A stretch of 64,000 nt of DNA, taken from contig JADJHZ010000007.1 of assembly GCA_016707205.1 (NCBI GenBank), forward strand, positions 188,151-252,150, read 5' to 3'. Source of the DNA: Haliscomenobacter sp. (GTDB lineage Bacteria; Bacteroidota; Bacteroidia; Chitinophagales; Saprospiraceae). Positions 10,475 to 20,641 of the stretch are shown here, piece by piece. Position numbers and translations under genes: made by a program. The notes under the pieces were generated by a model that ran no database searches, was not told the origin of the DNA, and saw only the letters and a program-made list of their open reading frames with translations. The first letter of the stretch is position 1, and every line of letters starts with the position of its first letter.

Positions 10475-13400
10475 TTAAGCCGTTTTTGACTCGGCCAGGG
10501 CTTGCGCATGGTCCGGCAAGCCATTCTGGGAAGCCCGGAGGGGAGGGTAGGTATCCGCCCGGTTGGCCCATTTCGCCAGGTAATATCCGGCAAGGTCGAC
10601 GAGGTAGTACACTACGGGCACCACGATAAGGGTCAGCAGCATGGAGCTGGTCAGGCCTCCGACCAATGCCCAGGCGAGCCCGTTTTTCCATTCGGCGCCG
10701 GCGCCGGTAGCGAGCGCGATGGGTAGCATCCCAAATACCATGGCGATGGTGGTCATTAGAATGGGCCGGAGCCGGATCTGGCCCGCTTCAATGAGCGCGT
10801 CGAAGGTGCTTCGGCCTTCTTCTTTGAGCTGATTGGCAAAGTCGACGAGCAGGATGGCGTTTTTGCCTACCAGGCCGACGAGCATGATAATCCCCACGAT
10901 GGAGAAGATGTCCAGGATCTGCATGGCCAGCGCCATGGCAAACAGGGCGCCGACGATAGCTACCGGGATGGAGAACAGCACGACAAAAGGATAGACCCAG
11001 TTGTCGTAGAGGGCGACCATGATCAGGTAGACGAACAGGATCGCTGCGCCAAAGGCGATGCCCAGCGCGCCGAAGCCTTCGGCCTGGAACTTGAGTTCGC
11101 CGTCATAAGCCAGCGTGACGCCTTTGGGCGGCGGATTTTGGGCAATAGCCACTTTGAGCTCTTCGCCGATCGTACCAGTAGGCCGTCCGATAGCCTGGGA
11201 GCGAACCGTAACCGAAGATACGCGGTCTTTTCGCTCCAGCATTGATGGGCCGGTGGTTTGAGTGATGGTTGCGAATTGCTCCAGGCGGATGGCTTCCCCC
11301 CGCAGGTTGGTAAAGCCGAGGTTGGCGACGTCTTCCAGTTTGCTCCGGTCGAAATCGTCCAGCAGGATGTTGATGTCGTATTCGAAGGCGCCGTCGCGGT
11401 ACTTGGCATTGGTATTCCCGCTGAAGGCCGTTTGCATGGTGGCGCCGACAATTTGCAGGTTGAGACCGAGTTCGGCCATCCGGTCCCGGTCGATGTTGAC
11501 CTTCAATTCCGGGTTTCCTTCTTCGACCGAAAGCTCTACAGCAACCGTTCCTGGGATTTTTTTCACTTCCGCTTCCACCACTTTGGCGTAGGCCATGGCA
11601 TCCTCCAGCTCGGTGCTGCTAAGAATGATCTGAATGGGGGCTTCGTCGGCGCCGCCGAAGAAGCTCACCTGGCTGGTGCTGACTTTCACGCCCGGCAGTC
11701 CGCGCTCCAGTTCGTCGCGCATACGCTGGGCATAGACGTCGGCGCGGTCGGCCCGTTCTTCTTTTGGCACCATTTTTACATTGATCTCCGCCAGATAAGG
11801 GGTACTTTGGCTCAGCAAACCCGTCGAACGACCGATGGAGGAGAACACGTTAATGACTTCCTTTTTACCCATGAGCAGTTGTTCGGCTTTCTGGGCCGCG
11901 AGGTTGGTTTCTTTCAGGGTGGCGTCTTTGGGCAATTCCAGTTTCATGATGAACTCGCCCTGATCGCTCTGCCCAAAGAATGCGGTACCGATAAAACCAC
12001 CGGCAACCAGGCCGAAGGAAGAAAAGAACAGTGCGCCGGTGACGATGAGGATCAGCGCTTTGCGGTTCAGCGTCCACCGGAGCGCCCGGGCGTACAGCTC
12101 CGTCAAATAATCCAGCGACTTTTCAAACCAGATAAAAAAGCCACCTACCCAATTTCGGCTGCTCAGGTTGCTCAATTTAGAAAACCGGGAAGCCAGCATA
12201 GGCGTAACGGTAAAGGACACCAGCAAACTCATGAGCGTGGAGAACACCACCACCCAGGCAAACTGGCCCATGATATTTCCGACGATTCCGCCGGATAAGG
12301 CCAGGGGCACGAACACGACCACGTCGACGAGGGTGATCGAAAGGGCGGTGAATCCGATCTCGCGCCGCCCGTCGAGCGCTGCTTGCCGTCTACCCTTGCC
12401 CATTTCCATGTGCCGGTAGATATTTTCCAGCACCACGATGCTGTCGTCGACCAAAATACCGATCACCAGCGACATGGCCAGCAGCGTCATCAGGTTGAGG
12501 GTAAATCCGAAGATGTACATCCCGATAAAAGTGGCTACCAAAGAAGCCGGGATGGCGACCATGACGATAATGGAGTTGCGCAAGCTGTGCAGGAAAACCA
12601 TCATCACCAGGGCCACCAGGATGACGGCGAGTCCGATGTCGTGCACCACGGCGTCGACGGCATCCAGGGTAAAGTCGGAGGTATTGGTAGCGACCCGGAA
12701 TTTCAGGTTCTCGTCTTTGTACTGGGCTTCCAGGTTAGCCATTTCGGCTTGGATGCCTTCGGAGACGGCTACGGCGTTGGCGTCGGTCTGCTTTTGGACA
12801 ACGATCCCAATAGAGGCTTTGCCGTTCAGTCGGTTGATGTCGGCGGCTTCTTTGGGCTCGTCGCGGAGTTCAGCCACATCAATCAGCCGGACAGGGGAGC
12901 CGGTCAGCGGGCTGTTGGCAATGACTAACTGGCGGAGATCGTCCAGGTTGAGGAGTTTACCCGACAGGCGAACCAGGATCTGGGAATTCTCGCTTTTAAT
13001 TTTACCGGTTGGGAATTCCAGGTTAGCCTGCTGGACCGCCTGCACCAGTTGGAGCAGGGACAGTCCATGACTCTCCAGACGTTCCCGGTTGATCAATACC
13101 TTGATTTCCCGTTCCTGACCGCCAACGAGGCTGATTTGCCCGACTCCGTCCACGCGGGACAAGGCCGGTTTTACCCGCTGGTTGAGCAGGTCGTACAACT
13201 CGGTAGGAGGCAGGTCGCCGGTAGCCCCCACGTTCATGATAGGGAACTCGCCAGAACTGAATTTCGAAAGCACCGGCGGTTCGGCATCTTCGGGGAGGGT
13301 CGATTCGGCGGCGCTGAGTTTGCGCTGGGCATCCTGCAGGGAGATGTTAATGTTCGTTCCTTGCTTGAATTCAACGATCACCGTAGAAACCCCTTCAAAA

Positions 13401-13651
13401 GAGGTTGACCGGATGCTGGTGATGTTTTCCAGGGAAGAAATGGCATCTTCTACTTTTTTGGATACGTTGTTCTCCACCTCCCCCGGAGAAGCGCCGGGGT
13501 ACACCGTAGTGATGAACACCAGCGGCGCGTCGAATTTGGGGATGAGCTCGTAGCTCAACCTCGAGTAAGAAATCAGGCCCAATACCGTGAGCACCGTAAA
13601 AAACACGATGATAAGGGAAGGGCGTTTTATGGCAATTTCGGTAATAGACAT
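10475..13651 (-). CDS. Efflux RND transporter permease subunit (AcrB/HAE1 family)
   Basis: 1058 aa with 12-TM plus large periplasmic loop architecture. Sequence is typical AcrB family (…MSITEIAIKRPSLIIVFFTVL…). Confidence 0.95.
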   Translation of the reverse strand: MSITEIAIKRPSLIIVFFTVLTVLGLISYSRLSYELIPKFDAPLVFITTVYPGASPGEVENNVSKKVEDAISSLENITSIRSTSFEGVSTVIVEFKQGTNINISLQDAQRKLSAAESTLPEDAEPPVLSKFSSGEFPIMNVGATGDLPPTELYDLLNQRVKPALSRVDGVGQISLVGGQEREIKVLINRERLESHGLSLLQLVQAVQQANLEFPTGKIKSENSQILVRLSGKLLNLDDLRQLVIANSPLTGSPVRLIDVAELRDEPKEAADINRLNGKASIGIVVQKQTDANAVAVSEGIQAEMANLEAQYKDENLKFRVATNTSDFTLDAVDAVVHDIGLAVILVALVMMVFLHSLRNSIIVMVAIPASLVATFIGMYIFGFTLNLMTLLAMSLVIGILVDDSIVVLENIYRHMEMGKGRRQAALDGRREIGFTALSITLVDVVVFVPLALSGGIVGNIMGQFAWVVVFSTLMSLLVSFTVTPMLASRFSKLSNLSSRNWVGGFFIWFEKSLDYLTELYARALRWTLNRKALILIVTGALFFSSFGLVAGGFIGTAFFGQSDQGEFIMKLELPKDATLKETNLAAQKAEQLLMGKKEVINVFSSIGRSTGLLSQSTPYLAEINVKMVPKEERADRADVYAQRMRDELERGLPGVKVSTSQVSFFGGADEAPIQIILSSTELEDAMAYAKVVEAEVKKIPGTVAVELSVEEGNPELKVNIDRDRMAELGLNLQIVGATMQTAFSGNTNAKYRDGAFEYDINILLDDFDRSKLEDVANLGFTNLRGEAIRLEQFATITQTTGPSMLERKDRVSSVTVRSQAIGRPTGTIGEELKVAIAQNPPPKGVTLAYDGELKFQAEGFGALGIAFGAAILFVYLIMVALYDNWVYPFVVLFSIPVAIVGALFAMALAMQILDIFSIVGIIMLVGLVGKNAILLVDFANQLKEEGRSTFDALIEAGQIRLRPILMTTIAMVFGMLPIALATGAGAEWKNGLAWALVGGLTSSMLLTLIVVPVVYYLVDLAGYYLAKWANRADTYPPLRASQNGLPDHAQALAESKTA

Positions 13652-13670
13652 AAGTTGGTGAATTTAGGGG

Positions 13671-14756
13671 TTATTTTCCTGCGGTTTCTGCTTCCTGAAC
13701 GCTGATCTTGGTACCGTCCTGCAGGTTGATTTGTCCGGAAATCACGATGCGGTCTCCTTCGCTCAGCCCTTCAAGCACTTCGGCATAATTTCCGAAGATC
13801 CGTCCGAGTTTCACGGGGCGCAGTTCGGCTTTGCCGGAGTTGGCGAGGAACACCTGGGCGTCCCGTACACTGCCTACCACGCATTCGCGGGGGAGGGCCA
13901 GGATTTGGATCTGTCTTCCTGTGGAGAAGAAAGCGCGGCCGTTCATGCCTGCTTTCAGGGGGCTGCCAGCGGGGTTATTGAGTTCTATTTCCACGAGAAA
14001 CCGCTTGGAGTTATCCGCTTGAACATCGATAAAGGCGATGACGCCGGAGAGCCGGTTTTCTGGGTACAAATCAGCGACCAGATCCACTTTTTGTCCTTTT
14101 TTTACCTGGAAGACCTCTTCTTCGGTCAGGTAGACTGCCATTTTGAGCCTATTGACGTTGACAATGTCGAGGATCTTCATGGCTGGGGCCAGGAAAGCGC
14201 CTTTTTCGACCTCTTTTCCAGTTACTGTCCCGGAGATGGGCGCCTTGACGAGCGTTGTGCGCATTTGCTTGTCCAGGCTGCGGATCTGGGATTTGAGGTT
14301 TTCGATGGCGTTTTGGGCGTCGTCGACCTGCTGTTGGGTCATGCCGCCTTCGCCGAGCAGGTTCTTCAGCCGGGCGATGTCTTTTTCTGCTTTAACCAGG
14401 TTGACCTTGGTGATATCCAGTTGGATTTGCAGGGCTTCGTTATCCACCGCCAGGATGACGGCCCCTTCCTGCACCTGATCGCCGTTCTTGTAGTTCAGCT
14501 GGGTGATTTTTCCCTGGACTTCGGAAATAACCGCCAGGCGTTTGTATGGCTGAAAGGTACCGCTGGCGGTAAAGTCGGTGTTCAGCATTTGTTTGCTGAG
14601 TTCGATGATTCGGACGGGGATGACGTCGTTGCGCATCTGAGCAGTCTGCGAGCGTTCGTCGATTACTTGTTTGTTTTCGTTCAGTTTCCAGACCACGGCA
14701 GCAATAATAGCGCCGGCTACGATCAGGGTGAGGAGGATTCTAAGGAATTTTTTCAT
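13671..14756 (-). CDS. Efflux RND transporter periplasmic adaptor subunit (membrane fusion protein, HlyD family)
   Basis: 361 aa with an N-terminal TM anchor, coiled-coil and beta-barrel regions. It lies immediately upstream of the RND pump on the same strand. Confidence 0.9.
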   Translation of the reverse strand: MKKFLRILLTLIVAGAIIAAVVWKLNENKQVIDERSQTAQMRNDVIPVRIIELSKQMLNTDFTASGTFQPYKRLAVISEVQGKITQLNYKNGDQVQEGAVILAVDNEALQIQLDITKVNLVKAEKDIARLKNLLGEGGMTQQQVDDAQNAIENLKSQIRSLDKQMRTTLVKAPISGTVTGKEVEKGAFLAPAMKILDIVNVNRLKMAVYLTEEEVFQVKKGQKVDLVADLYPENRLSGVIAFIDVQADNSKRFLVEIELNNPAGSPLKAGMNGRAFFSTGRQIQILALPRECVVGSVRDAQVFLANSGKAELRPVKLGRIFGNYAEVLEGLSEGDRIVISGQINLQDGTKISVQEAETAGK

Positions 14757-14936
14757 GGTGATTTCTTATAAAAATTAATAGAATGGTGTTAGACGTTAGA
14801 TGTCGGACGTTAGACGTTGGAGGGTTGGAATACCGGTAAAACCAGGAATTTTTTTGCTAAACATGTTGATAATCCATTTTTTATAAATTAATCTGCTTTG
14901 CTCCCCATCCCACGTCTAATGTCCAAAGTCCAAAGT

Positions 14937-16289
14937 CTAGAATAGTTGAAGGATTCGGCCGTTGGCGTATTCCATATCGATCCAGGCAAGGTTGTACTGA
15001 AGGAGGGTAGACAGATACGTCGCCTGCACTTCCCTCATGGAGCGTTCGGCGCTGAGGACCTCGGTGACGGAGGCGACGCCCTCCTTAAAGCGTTTTTGCG
15101 AAACGGTATAGACCTCTTCGGCCACCAGTTGGTTTTCCTGGATGGAGTTGAGGCTGTTCCAGGTGGTTAGCAGTTGGCGCCGGGCGTTGCCGTATTGGAA
15201 CTGGAGCGATTGCAGCGTCTGGCGCCGGTCTTCGGTGAGTTGGAGTACTTCGATTTCCGACTGCTGGATCTGGCTGCGTTTCAGGAACCCGTCGAAAAGG
15301 GGCACTTTAATATTCAGGCCCACCTGGGAGAAGTTGAACCAATTGTCGCCGTTGCCAAATTCTTTGAATCTGTTGCCCTGGCCCTGGTAATTATACCCGG
15401 CGAAGATGCGCAAGGATGGGTAATAACCGGCTTTATATACATCGGTATTGAGGTTGTTGAGGTTGATCTGCTTATCGATGAGGATCAGGTCGAGCTTGTT
15501 TTGGAAATTCTCGTTTAGCCCTTGCGCAGGCGAGGCCAGAGCGGCGCCGTTGGCTACGAGCGTATCGGTGAGCGCGATCTCTTGGTCTAAAGGCATGGCC
15601 ATAGCGAATTTGAGCGCTTGCACGGCTTGTTCGTACTGCAGTTCGAGGTTTTGGAGTTGGGTTTGGAGGCTGACCTTGTTTACCCGAAGCTGGTCCACGT
15701 CCACTTTTTTCGCGAAGCCGTTCTGGTATTGCAGTTCGGTCACTTTGAGGAGGCCGAGCACCTGGTCGAGGTTAACGAGCAAGAGGTCCTTTTGCTGGGC
15801 CAGGATCTTGGCCTGGTAGTAAGTGCGAACGACGTTGTATACGAGTTCTTCCTGGGTTTTGGATTCCAGGATGCTGTTGAACTCTTTCAGTTCCCGAACG
15901 GCTTTCAGTCCGGTCCAGTAGCTTTGGCTGTACGCCAGTTGGTTCAATTCCACGCCCATCAGGGTGCTCAGGTCGGTGCCGAACTGGAGGGGGATGAGTT
16001 CGTCGGGTTTCCCCTCGAAAAAGTTGGGGATGAGCTGGGTAGGGAGCTTGAGGTTGTAGGTGAGGTTGGCGCTGAAGTCGATCTGCGGCAACCCGGTGCT
16101 TTTGTACTCCTTGACTTTTTCTTCCGACTGTCGGGTTTCGAGTTTGCCCTTAAGGATTTGCGGACTGTTTTGAAGGGCAAACTGAACGCTTTCCTTGATC
16201 GAAAGCGGCTGCTGGGCAGCCATGCCGAAGGCGGAAAGGAGCGCCAGGCTCAGCGCCAGGAGTTTGGGAAAAACTTCATAATAACGCAT
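14937..16289 (-). CDS. TolC-family outer-membrane efflux protein
   Basis: 450 aa with a signal peptide and two TolC repeats. It is the first structural gene of the tolC–MFP–RND operon. Confidence 0.9.
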   Translation of the reverse strand: MRYYEVFPKLLALSLALLSAFGMAAQQPLSIKESVQFALQNSPQILKGKLETRQSEEKVKEYKSTGLPQIDFSANLTYNLKLPTQLIPNFFEGKPDELIPLQFGTDLSTLMGVELNQLAYSQSYWTGLKAVRELKEFNSILESKTQEELVYNVVRTYYQAKILAQQKDLLLVNLDQVLGLLKVTELQYQNGFAKKVDVDQLRVNKVSLQTQLQNLELQYEQAVQALKFAMAMPLDQEIALTDTLVANGAALASPAQGLNENFQNKLDLILIDKQINLNNLNTDVYKAGYYPSLRIFAGYNYQGQGNRFKEFGNGDNWFNFSQVGLNIKVPLFDGFLKRSQIQQSEIEVLQLTEDRRQTLQSLQFQYGNARRQLLTTWNSLNSIQENQLVAEEVYTVSQKRFKEGVASVTEVLSAERSMREVQATYLSTLLQYNLAWIDMEYANGRILQLF

Positions 16290-16316
16290 GTGGATTCGGG
16301 TTTGATTTAAAGAACG

Positions 16317-16919
16317 TTAGATTCGCATGTATTTTTCAAGGAATTGGGCGCCCATCGGGGAGACGATACCGCGCAGGTAATGATGAATATATTCCCGGAA
16401 TACCTGGTCGGTAGGGTAGGTTGCCGGGGGGAACAATTGGCCGTCGATCACGACGTTAATGCTCGTCAGATAGATTCGCGCGAGGATGTCTGGATTGAAA
16501 TCGCTTCGGTACAATCCCTGCTCGATTCCGTTTTCCAGGTTTTCCCGGAGGATTTTGTAGATATGGGTGCGCTCCATGTCTTCCAGCACTTTCCAGGCTT
16601 CCGGATGGTATTTTTTCAGATCAAAGATCAGGCTGGGGGACATTTGCTGGAGCTGCCGGATGATCATCCTTGCGAACTCCACGATTTCCTCCAGAGCATT
16701 GCTCGCTTTGGCGCGAATGGCGTTAATGGTGGTTAATTCGCATTTTTGGTTGTACTGAAGGGTTTCTATGATCAACGCTTCTTTGGTAGAAAAAAACTGG
16801 TACAGGGTTTTTTTGGAAATCCCCATTTCGCGGGCGACATCGTCCATACTGACGCTCTTCACCCCATAGCGCATGAATAAGTGTTCGGCCTTCTCAAGAA
16901 TTGCGGTTGGTGTACTCAT
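16317..16919 (-). CDS. TetR/AcrR-family transcriptional regulator, the likely repressor of the downstream efflux operon
   Basis: The TetR HTH reads LFMRYGVKSVSMDDVAREMGISKKTLYQFFSTKEALI. The start is set at the internal ATG (complement of 16917–16919, MSTPTAILEK). The longer ORF up to 17093 adds a low-complexity leader that I do not trust. Confidence 0.85.
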   Translation of the reverse strand: MSTPTAILEKAEHLFMRYGVKSVSMDDVAREMGISKKTLYQFFSTKEALIIETLQYNQKCELTTINAIRAKASNALEEIVEFARMIIRQLQQMSPSLIFDLKKYHPEAWKVLEDMERTHIYKILRENLENGIEQGLYRSDFNPDILARIYLTSINVVIDGQLFPPATYPTDQVFREYIHHYLRGIVSPMGAQFLEKYMRI

Positions 16920-16949
16920 CGTGCAGACAAATATATGGGCAAAAAACTT

Positions 16950-16979
16950 CGGAAACTTGAAAAAGGTTTTGAGTTTCCG
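16950..16979. promoter_or_regulatory. Candidate TetR operator: a near-palindrome upstream of tetR in the divergent promoter region
   Basis: cGGAAACTTgaaaaaggttttgAGTTTCCg has 8-bp perfect inverted arms. It sits about 30–60 bp upstream of the tetR start. Confidence 0.3.
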
Positions 16980-17269
16980 TGGTTTTTTTTGTTTATCGAC
17001 AAAAAGAAATGGTTGCAGGATGAATTGCGAAAAAAAAGAGATAAAAAAGGATGAAAATTTTGAATTAAAGGGGACGGGTTTGTATTCGATCAATTCACAA
17101 GGGAAATGATCCTTTTTTATCGATCAGGCACGTTTTTGAAAAATAATATTTGTTAACGAAATAAATCGAATTCATTTATCTTTCCCTCTTGCAAACGAAA
17201 AACCATTGCCGCGTTGGACAGGCTCCAGGCGAGGGGCCTGCCGGAAAGCGGATGCTATAATCGACGCTT

Positions 17270-18397
17270 ATGCCTGACCTTACCCTGGTTCCGGTTACCA
17301 GCCGGGCCGCTTTAAAGGAATTTATCTACCTTCCCGCCCGGGTCCACGCCCAAAGGCCCAATTGGATGCCTCCCTTATACCTCGACGAGTGGACCTATTT
17401 CAACCCCAGGAAGAACAAGTCCTTTTCCTACTGCGACACGCTGCTCCTCCTGGTAAAACGGGGGCCAACCACCGTGGGCCGCATCATGGGGATCATTCAC
17501 CGCCCCTACAATGCCCGCACAGGAGAGGCTACCGTGCGCTTTGCCCACCTGGAGTGTTTCCCGGATGAAGAAGCGGCGCGCGCGCTGCTCCACGGCGTGG
17601 AGGAGTGGGGCCGTTCCAAAGGGATGACGGAAATGATAGGGCCTTTTGGCTTCTCGGATAAAGACCCGGAAGGACTGATGATCGAAGGGTTTGATGCGCT
17701 TCCTATTCTGGTGACCGCCACCAATCAGGGGTACCTTCCCGAGTACGTGGAACGGGCGGGGTTTGAAAAAAAGCTGGATTGCCTGGATTTCCTGATCGAC
17801 CTGGAAAAGGACATTCCGGAATCCTTTCCGCGCATTTACGAGCGGGTGCAGCGCAACCCGGCTTTCCGCGTATTGGAGTTTACCTCCACCCGGTCGCTAA
17901 AACCTCATATTGAAGCAGTTTTTCACCTGGTGAACGCCACGTATACCGATCTTTATGGCTTCCAGCCTCTGGATGACCGGGAGATCCGGGAACTGGCGGC
18001 CCGATACCTCCCTTTGCTCAACCCCCGGTTTGTCAAACTGGTGGTGACCGCCGAAGGCAAAGCCGCCGCCTTTATCGTGGGCATTCCCAATATGACCAAA
18101 GGCATCCAGAAAGCCAAAGGGAAATTGCTTCCGTTTGGGATCCTCCATATCCTTTCCGCATCCCGGAAATCCACCCAGCTGGATCTCATGCTCGGCGCGA
18201 TTCACCCCGATTACCGCAGCCGCGGCCTGGATGTGCTGATGGGATGGAAACTGATCCTAAGCGCCCGTGCAGCAGGAATCCGAACGTTCGAAACCCACCT
18301 CGTTCTGGAAACCAACGACCGCATGCTGGCGGAATACGCCCGCCTTGGCGCCCGCCTGCATAAGCGGTTCCGGATCTACCGAAAGGAAATTCGCTGA
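17270..18397 (+). CDS. Hypothetical protein, probable GNAT/FemAB-fold acyltransferase-like protein (function unknown)
   Basis: 375-aa ORF with coding-like composition and no obvious signal peptide. The family assignment is by weak recall only. Confidence 0.45.
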   Translation: MPDLTLVPVTSRAALKEFIYLPARVHAQRPNWMPPLYLDEWTYFNPRKNKSFSYCDTLLLLVKRGPTTVGRIMGIIHRPYNARTGEATVRFAHLECFPDEEAARALLHGVEEWGRSKGMTEMIGPFGFSDKDPEGLMIEGFDALPILVTATNQGYLPEYVERAGFEKKLDCLDFLIDLEKDIPESFPRIYERVQRNPAFRVLEFTSTRSLKPHIEAVFHLVNATYTDLYGFQPLDDREIRELAARYLPLLNPRFVKLVVTAEGKAAAFIVGIPNMTKGIQKAKGKLLPFGILHILSASRKSTQLDLMLGAIHPDYRSRGLDVLMGWKLILSARAAGIRTFETHLVLETNDRMLAEYARLGARLHKRFRIYRKEIR

Positions 18398-18440
18398 GGC
18401 GAAGGGGAGCAAAAAAAGCAACGATGCAGACGCCGGTCGG

Positions 18441-18490
18441 GGGACCGGCTAATGATTCCGCACGGAATCTGAGGATTCCGGCGAACAAGC
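18441..18490. repeat. Second copy of the hairpin repeat element (X+Y unit)
   Basis: gggaccggctaatgattccgcacggaatctgaggattccggcgaac. Relative to the 8090 copy, the Y hairpin carries compensatory changes (cgaaatc/gatttcg becomes cggaatc/gattccg). Confidence 0.6.
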
Positions 18491-18582
18491 CTCGAACTAG
18501 TGCCGGTTTAAACAGTCCCTTGCCTTTTGCCCTACGCCTCAACGCCTTAACGCCTCACCCCCTCAACGCTCCAACGCTATGC

Positions 18583-19839
18583 TCACCAACTCACCCCTGC
18601 GCCGCCGCCGCCCGACCGGCCGCCGCCCCAGGAACTGCTGGAGCCGCCGCCGCCGCTTCGAAAGCCGCCCGAGCTGGAGGAGGAACTGGCGGTAAGCTTT
18701 GGGATTACTATGGATTTGGTATGGGTATAATTACAGTTTTTACAGCAATAGGTCAATTCTTTCAGCCCCGAGTGCGAATAGGTAGCGCTGCGGATGGTGG
18801 TCGTTTCCGACTGGTAATAGGCGACGTAGTTGCAGGTTGGGCAGCGGGAATAGCGGGTAAAGGGCTTGGCATAACGTAGGATCAGCAGGTCGTCGCCGCT
18901 TTCCGTCGCCCAGACATCGTAATCAGCCGAGCCGATCTCTTCTTCCGTCACCTGGCCTTTTTCCAGGTATTGATCTTCTTCCGACTCGGATAGAAGGCGC
19001 ATGGGCGCTCCGGTCTTTTTACTGAACCGGGGCTGAAACCGCAATTGGTGTATTTTTCGGCCCACCCAGACGAAGACCAGGATGAAGGGGACGGGAAAAA
19101 AGACCAGCAGCAGGTAATTTCGGGCTTTGCGCAGCGCGTGGTATTTGTCGTATAGTTCGCCCTTTCCATTCAGCACGTTAAAAATGTACGTCAGGGCCCA
19201 TACGTGAAAGACCAGGTTGAGGATCAGGTAGATCCAGAGGAATATCCACAGATCCCTGGAGGGGGCGCTGTTTTGCCCGGGGTCTGCGTAAATTTCTTCT
19301 GTGCTTTCGGGGTTCTCCAGAATAGATTTGAAGCGCTGCACGGCGGCAATCAGCCCTTGTCCATATTGCTTTTGCTGGAAATAAGGTACCAGTTCCTGCA
19401 TCCCGATCCGGTAGCATAAAGCGTCGGGAAGGATCCCTTCCAGTCCGTATCCGGTCTCAAATTCGGTGCGCCGCTGGTCCATAACGACCAGCACGAGCAG
19501 GCCGTTATCCGTCGCTCTCTGGCCAATGCCCCAATGGTTAAACAAAGCGGTGGCAAATTCTTTTGGGTTTTCTTCGCCGATCGACGGGAGTATCACTACG
19601 GCTACCTGGGCGGTCGTGGAGTCCTCCAGATCCGCAATCAGTTCGTTGATGCGGGCAATCTCCCCGGAATTCAGGAAATTAGCGGGGTCGCTGACGTAGC
19701 CCGTGCCGCTGCGCTTGGGGTTGGGTACGGTTTCTACCGTAAAGGACTTGCTATTGCCCTGGCCTGACATTGTGCTGAAAAAGAAAACGCTGATGGCGAG
19801 GAGGCAATAAAGGCGGGTGGAAAAAAACGGTCGGTTCAT
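18583..19839 (-). CDS. TPM-domain (YgcG/TLP18.3-like) protein with TM helices, a Cys-rich Zn-ribbon-like segment and a Gly/Ser-rich C-terminal tail
   Basis: 418 aa with a signal peptide. The TPM region reads …ARINELIADLEDSTTAQVAVVILPSIGEEN…GLLVLVVMDQRRTEFETGYGLEG. The C-terminus is CPTCN…CCKNCNY followed by SSSSSGGFRSGGGGSSSSWGGGRSGGGG. Confidence 0.7.
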   Translation of the reverse strand: MNRPFFSTRLYCLLAISVFFFSTMSGQGNSKSFTVETVPNPKRSGTGYVSDPANFLNSGEIARINELIADLEDSTTAQVAVVILPSIGEENPKEFATALFNHWGIGQRATDNGLLVLVVMDQRRTEFETGYGLEGILPDALCYRIGMQELVPYFQQKQYGQGLIAAVQRFKSILENPESTEEIYADPGQNSAPSRDLWIFLWIYLILNLVFHVWALTYIFNVLNGKGELYDKYHALRKARNYLLLVFFPVPFILVFVWVGRKIHQLRFQPRFSKKTGAPMRLLSESEEDQYLEKGQVTEEEIGSADYDVWATESGDDLLILRYAKPFTRYSRCPTCNYVAYYQSETTTIRSATYSHSGLKELTYCCKNCNYTHTKSIVIPKLTASSSSSSGGFRSGGGGSSSSWGGGRSGGGGAGVSW

Positions 19840-20003
19840 GGCAGGTGAACTAAATTTCTATAAAGATAGGCGTTTCGTGGAATTTCTCTTCCGTTAGAAA
19901 TTTCGGTCTATCCGGAGGGTCTGGACGCTATTTGGTAGAAAAAAGGTGGAATCTCTGCACGGAGGCTTCGCCTTTTTGCAAATAATGCCCTAACTTTCGT
20001 CCT

Positions 20004-20624
20004 ATGGTTTGGGCAAACAATTTTTTCTGGGGATGGCTGCTTGCTTTTGTTGGGATGGCCATTCCAGGTCTGGGAAATATGACTACGGCGAACGTCACCA
20101 TGCGCTATGGGATAAAAGCCGGGCTAGCCAGCGCATTGGGCGGGGCGGTGGTCATTTTCATTCAGTCAAAGGTTGCTGTCGGTTTTGCAAACTACCTGAG
20201 CACGCACGCAGAAGTGCTGACCAATTTAAAAAAACTGGCGGTTTTGGTTTTTCTCGCCTTGAGCGCCGTATTTCTCAAACAAGCGTTGCGGCCTAAGGAG
20301 CGCAAAGGGCAAAAGCCCTACCCCGGCACTCCTTTTCTTTCCGGTTGCGCCGCATCGGGTGTCAATGCATTAAACATTCCCTTTTACTTTACGGCCAGCG
20401 CGTTTCTGGACTCTCACGGCTGGTTGCTGCTGAGGCCTTATTCGGGCTGGGGAGTCGCCTTGGGGGCATTGGTAGGCGCTTTTTCCGTTTTGGCTCTTTA
20501 TGCGTATCTTGCCCGTTGGGCGACCCAAAGCGCGTTGCTGCGGGACAAAACCATGAATTATTTCCTGAGTGCGTTATTTTTTGCCCTGGCGTTGTGGCAA
20601 TGGGTGTTGCTATATTTTGTGTGA
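20004..20624 (+). CDS. LysE/RhtB-family amino-acid translocator
   Basis: 206 aa with six hydrophobic segments and LysE-type length and topology. Confidence 0.7.
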   Translation: MVWANNFFWGWLLAFVGMAIPGLGNMTTANVTMRYGIKAGLASALGGAVVIFIQSKVAVGFANYLSTHAEVLTNLKKLAVLVFLALSAVFLKQALRPKERKGQKPYPGTPFLSGCAASGVNALNIPFYFTASAFLDSHGWLLLRPYSGWGVALGALVGAFSVLALYAYLARWATQSALLRDKTMNYFLSALFFALALWQWVLLYFV

Positions 20625-20641
20625 ATTTATCTTTATCCGCC

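Noticed and set aside
17094-17269. Longer N-terminal extension of the TetR ORF (up to 17093) encoding MIEYKPVPFNSKFSSFFISFF…
   Set aside because: The sequence is low-complexity and AT-rich and overlaps the divergent promoter region. The TetR HTH begins right after the internal ATG at 16919.
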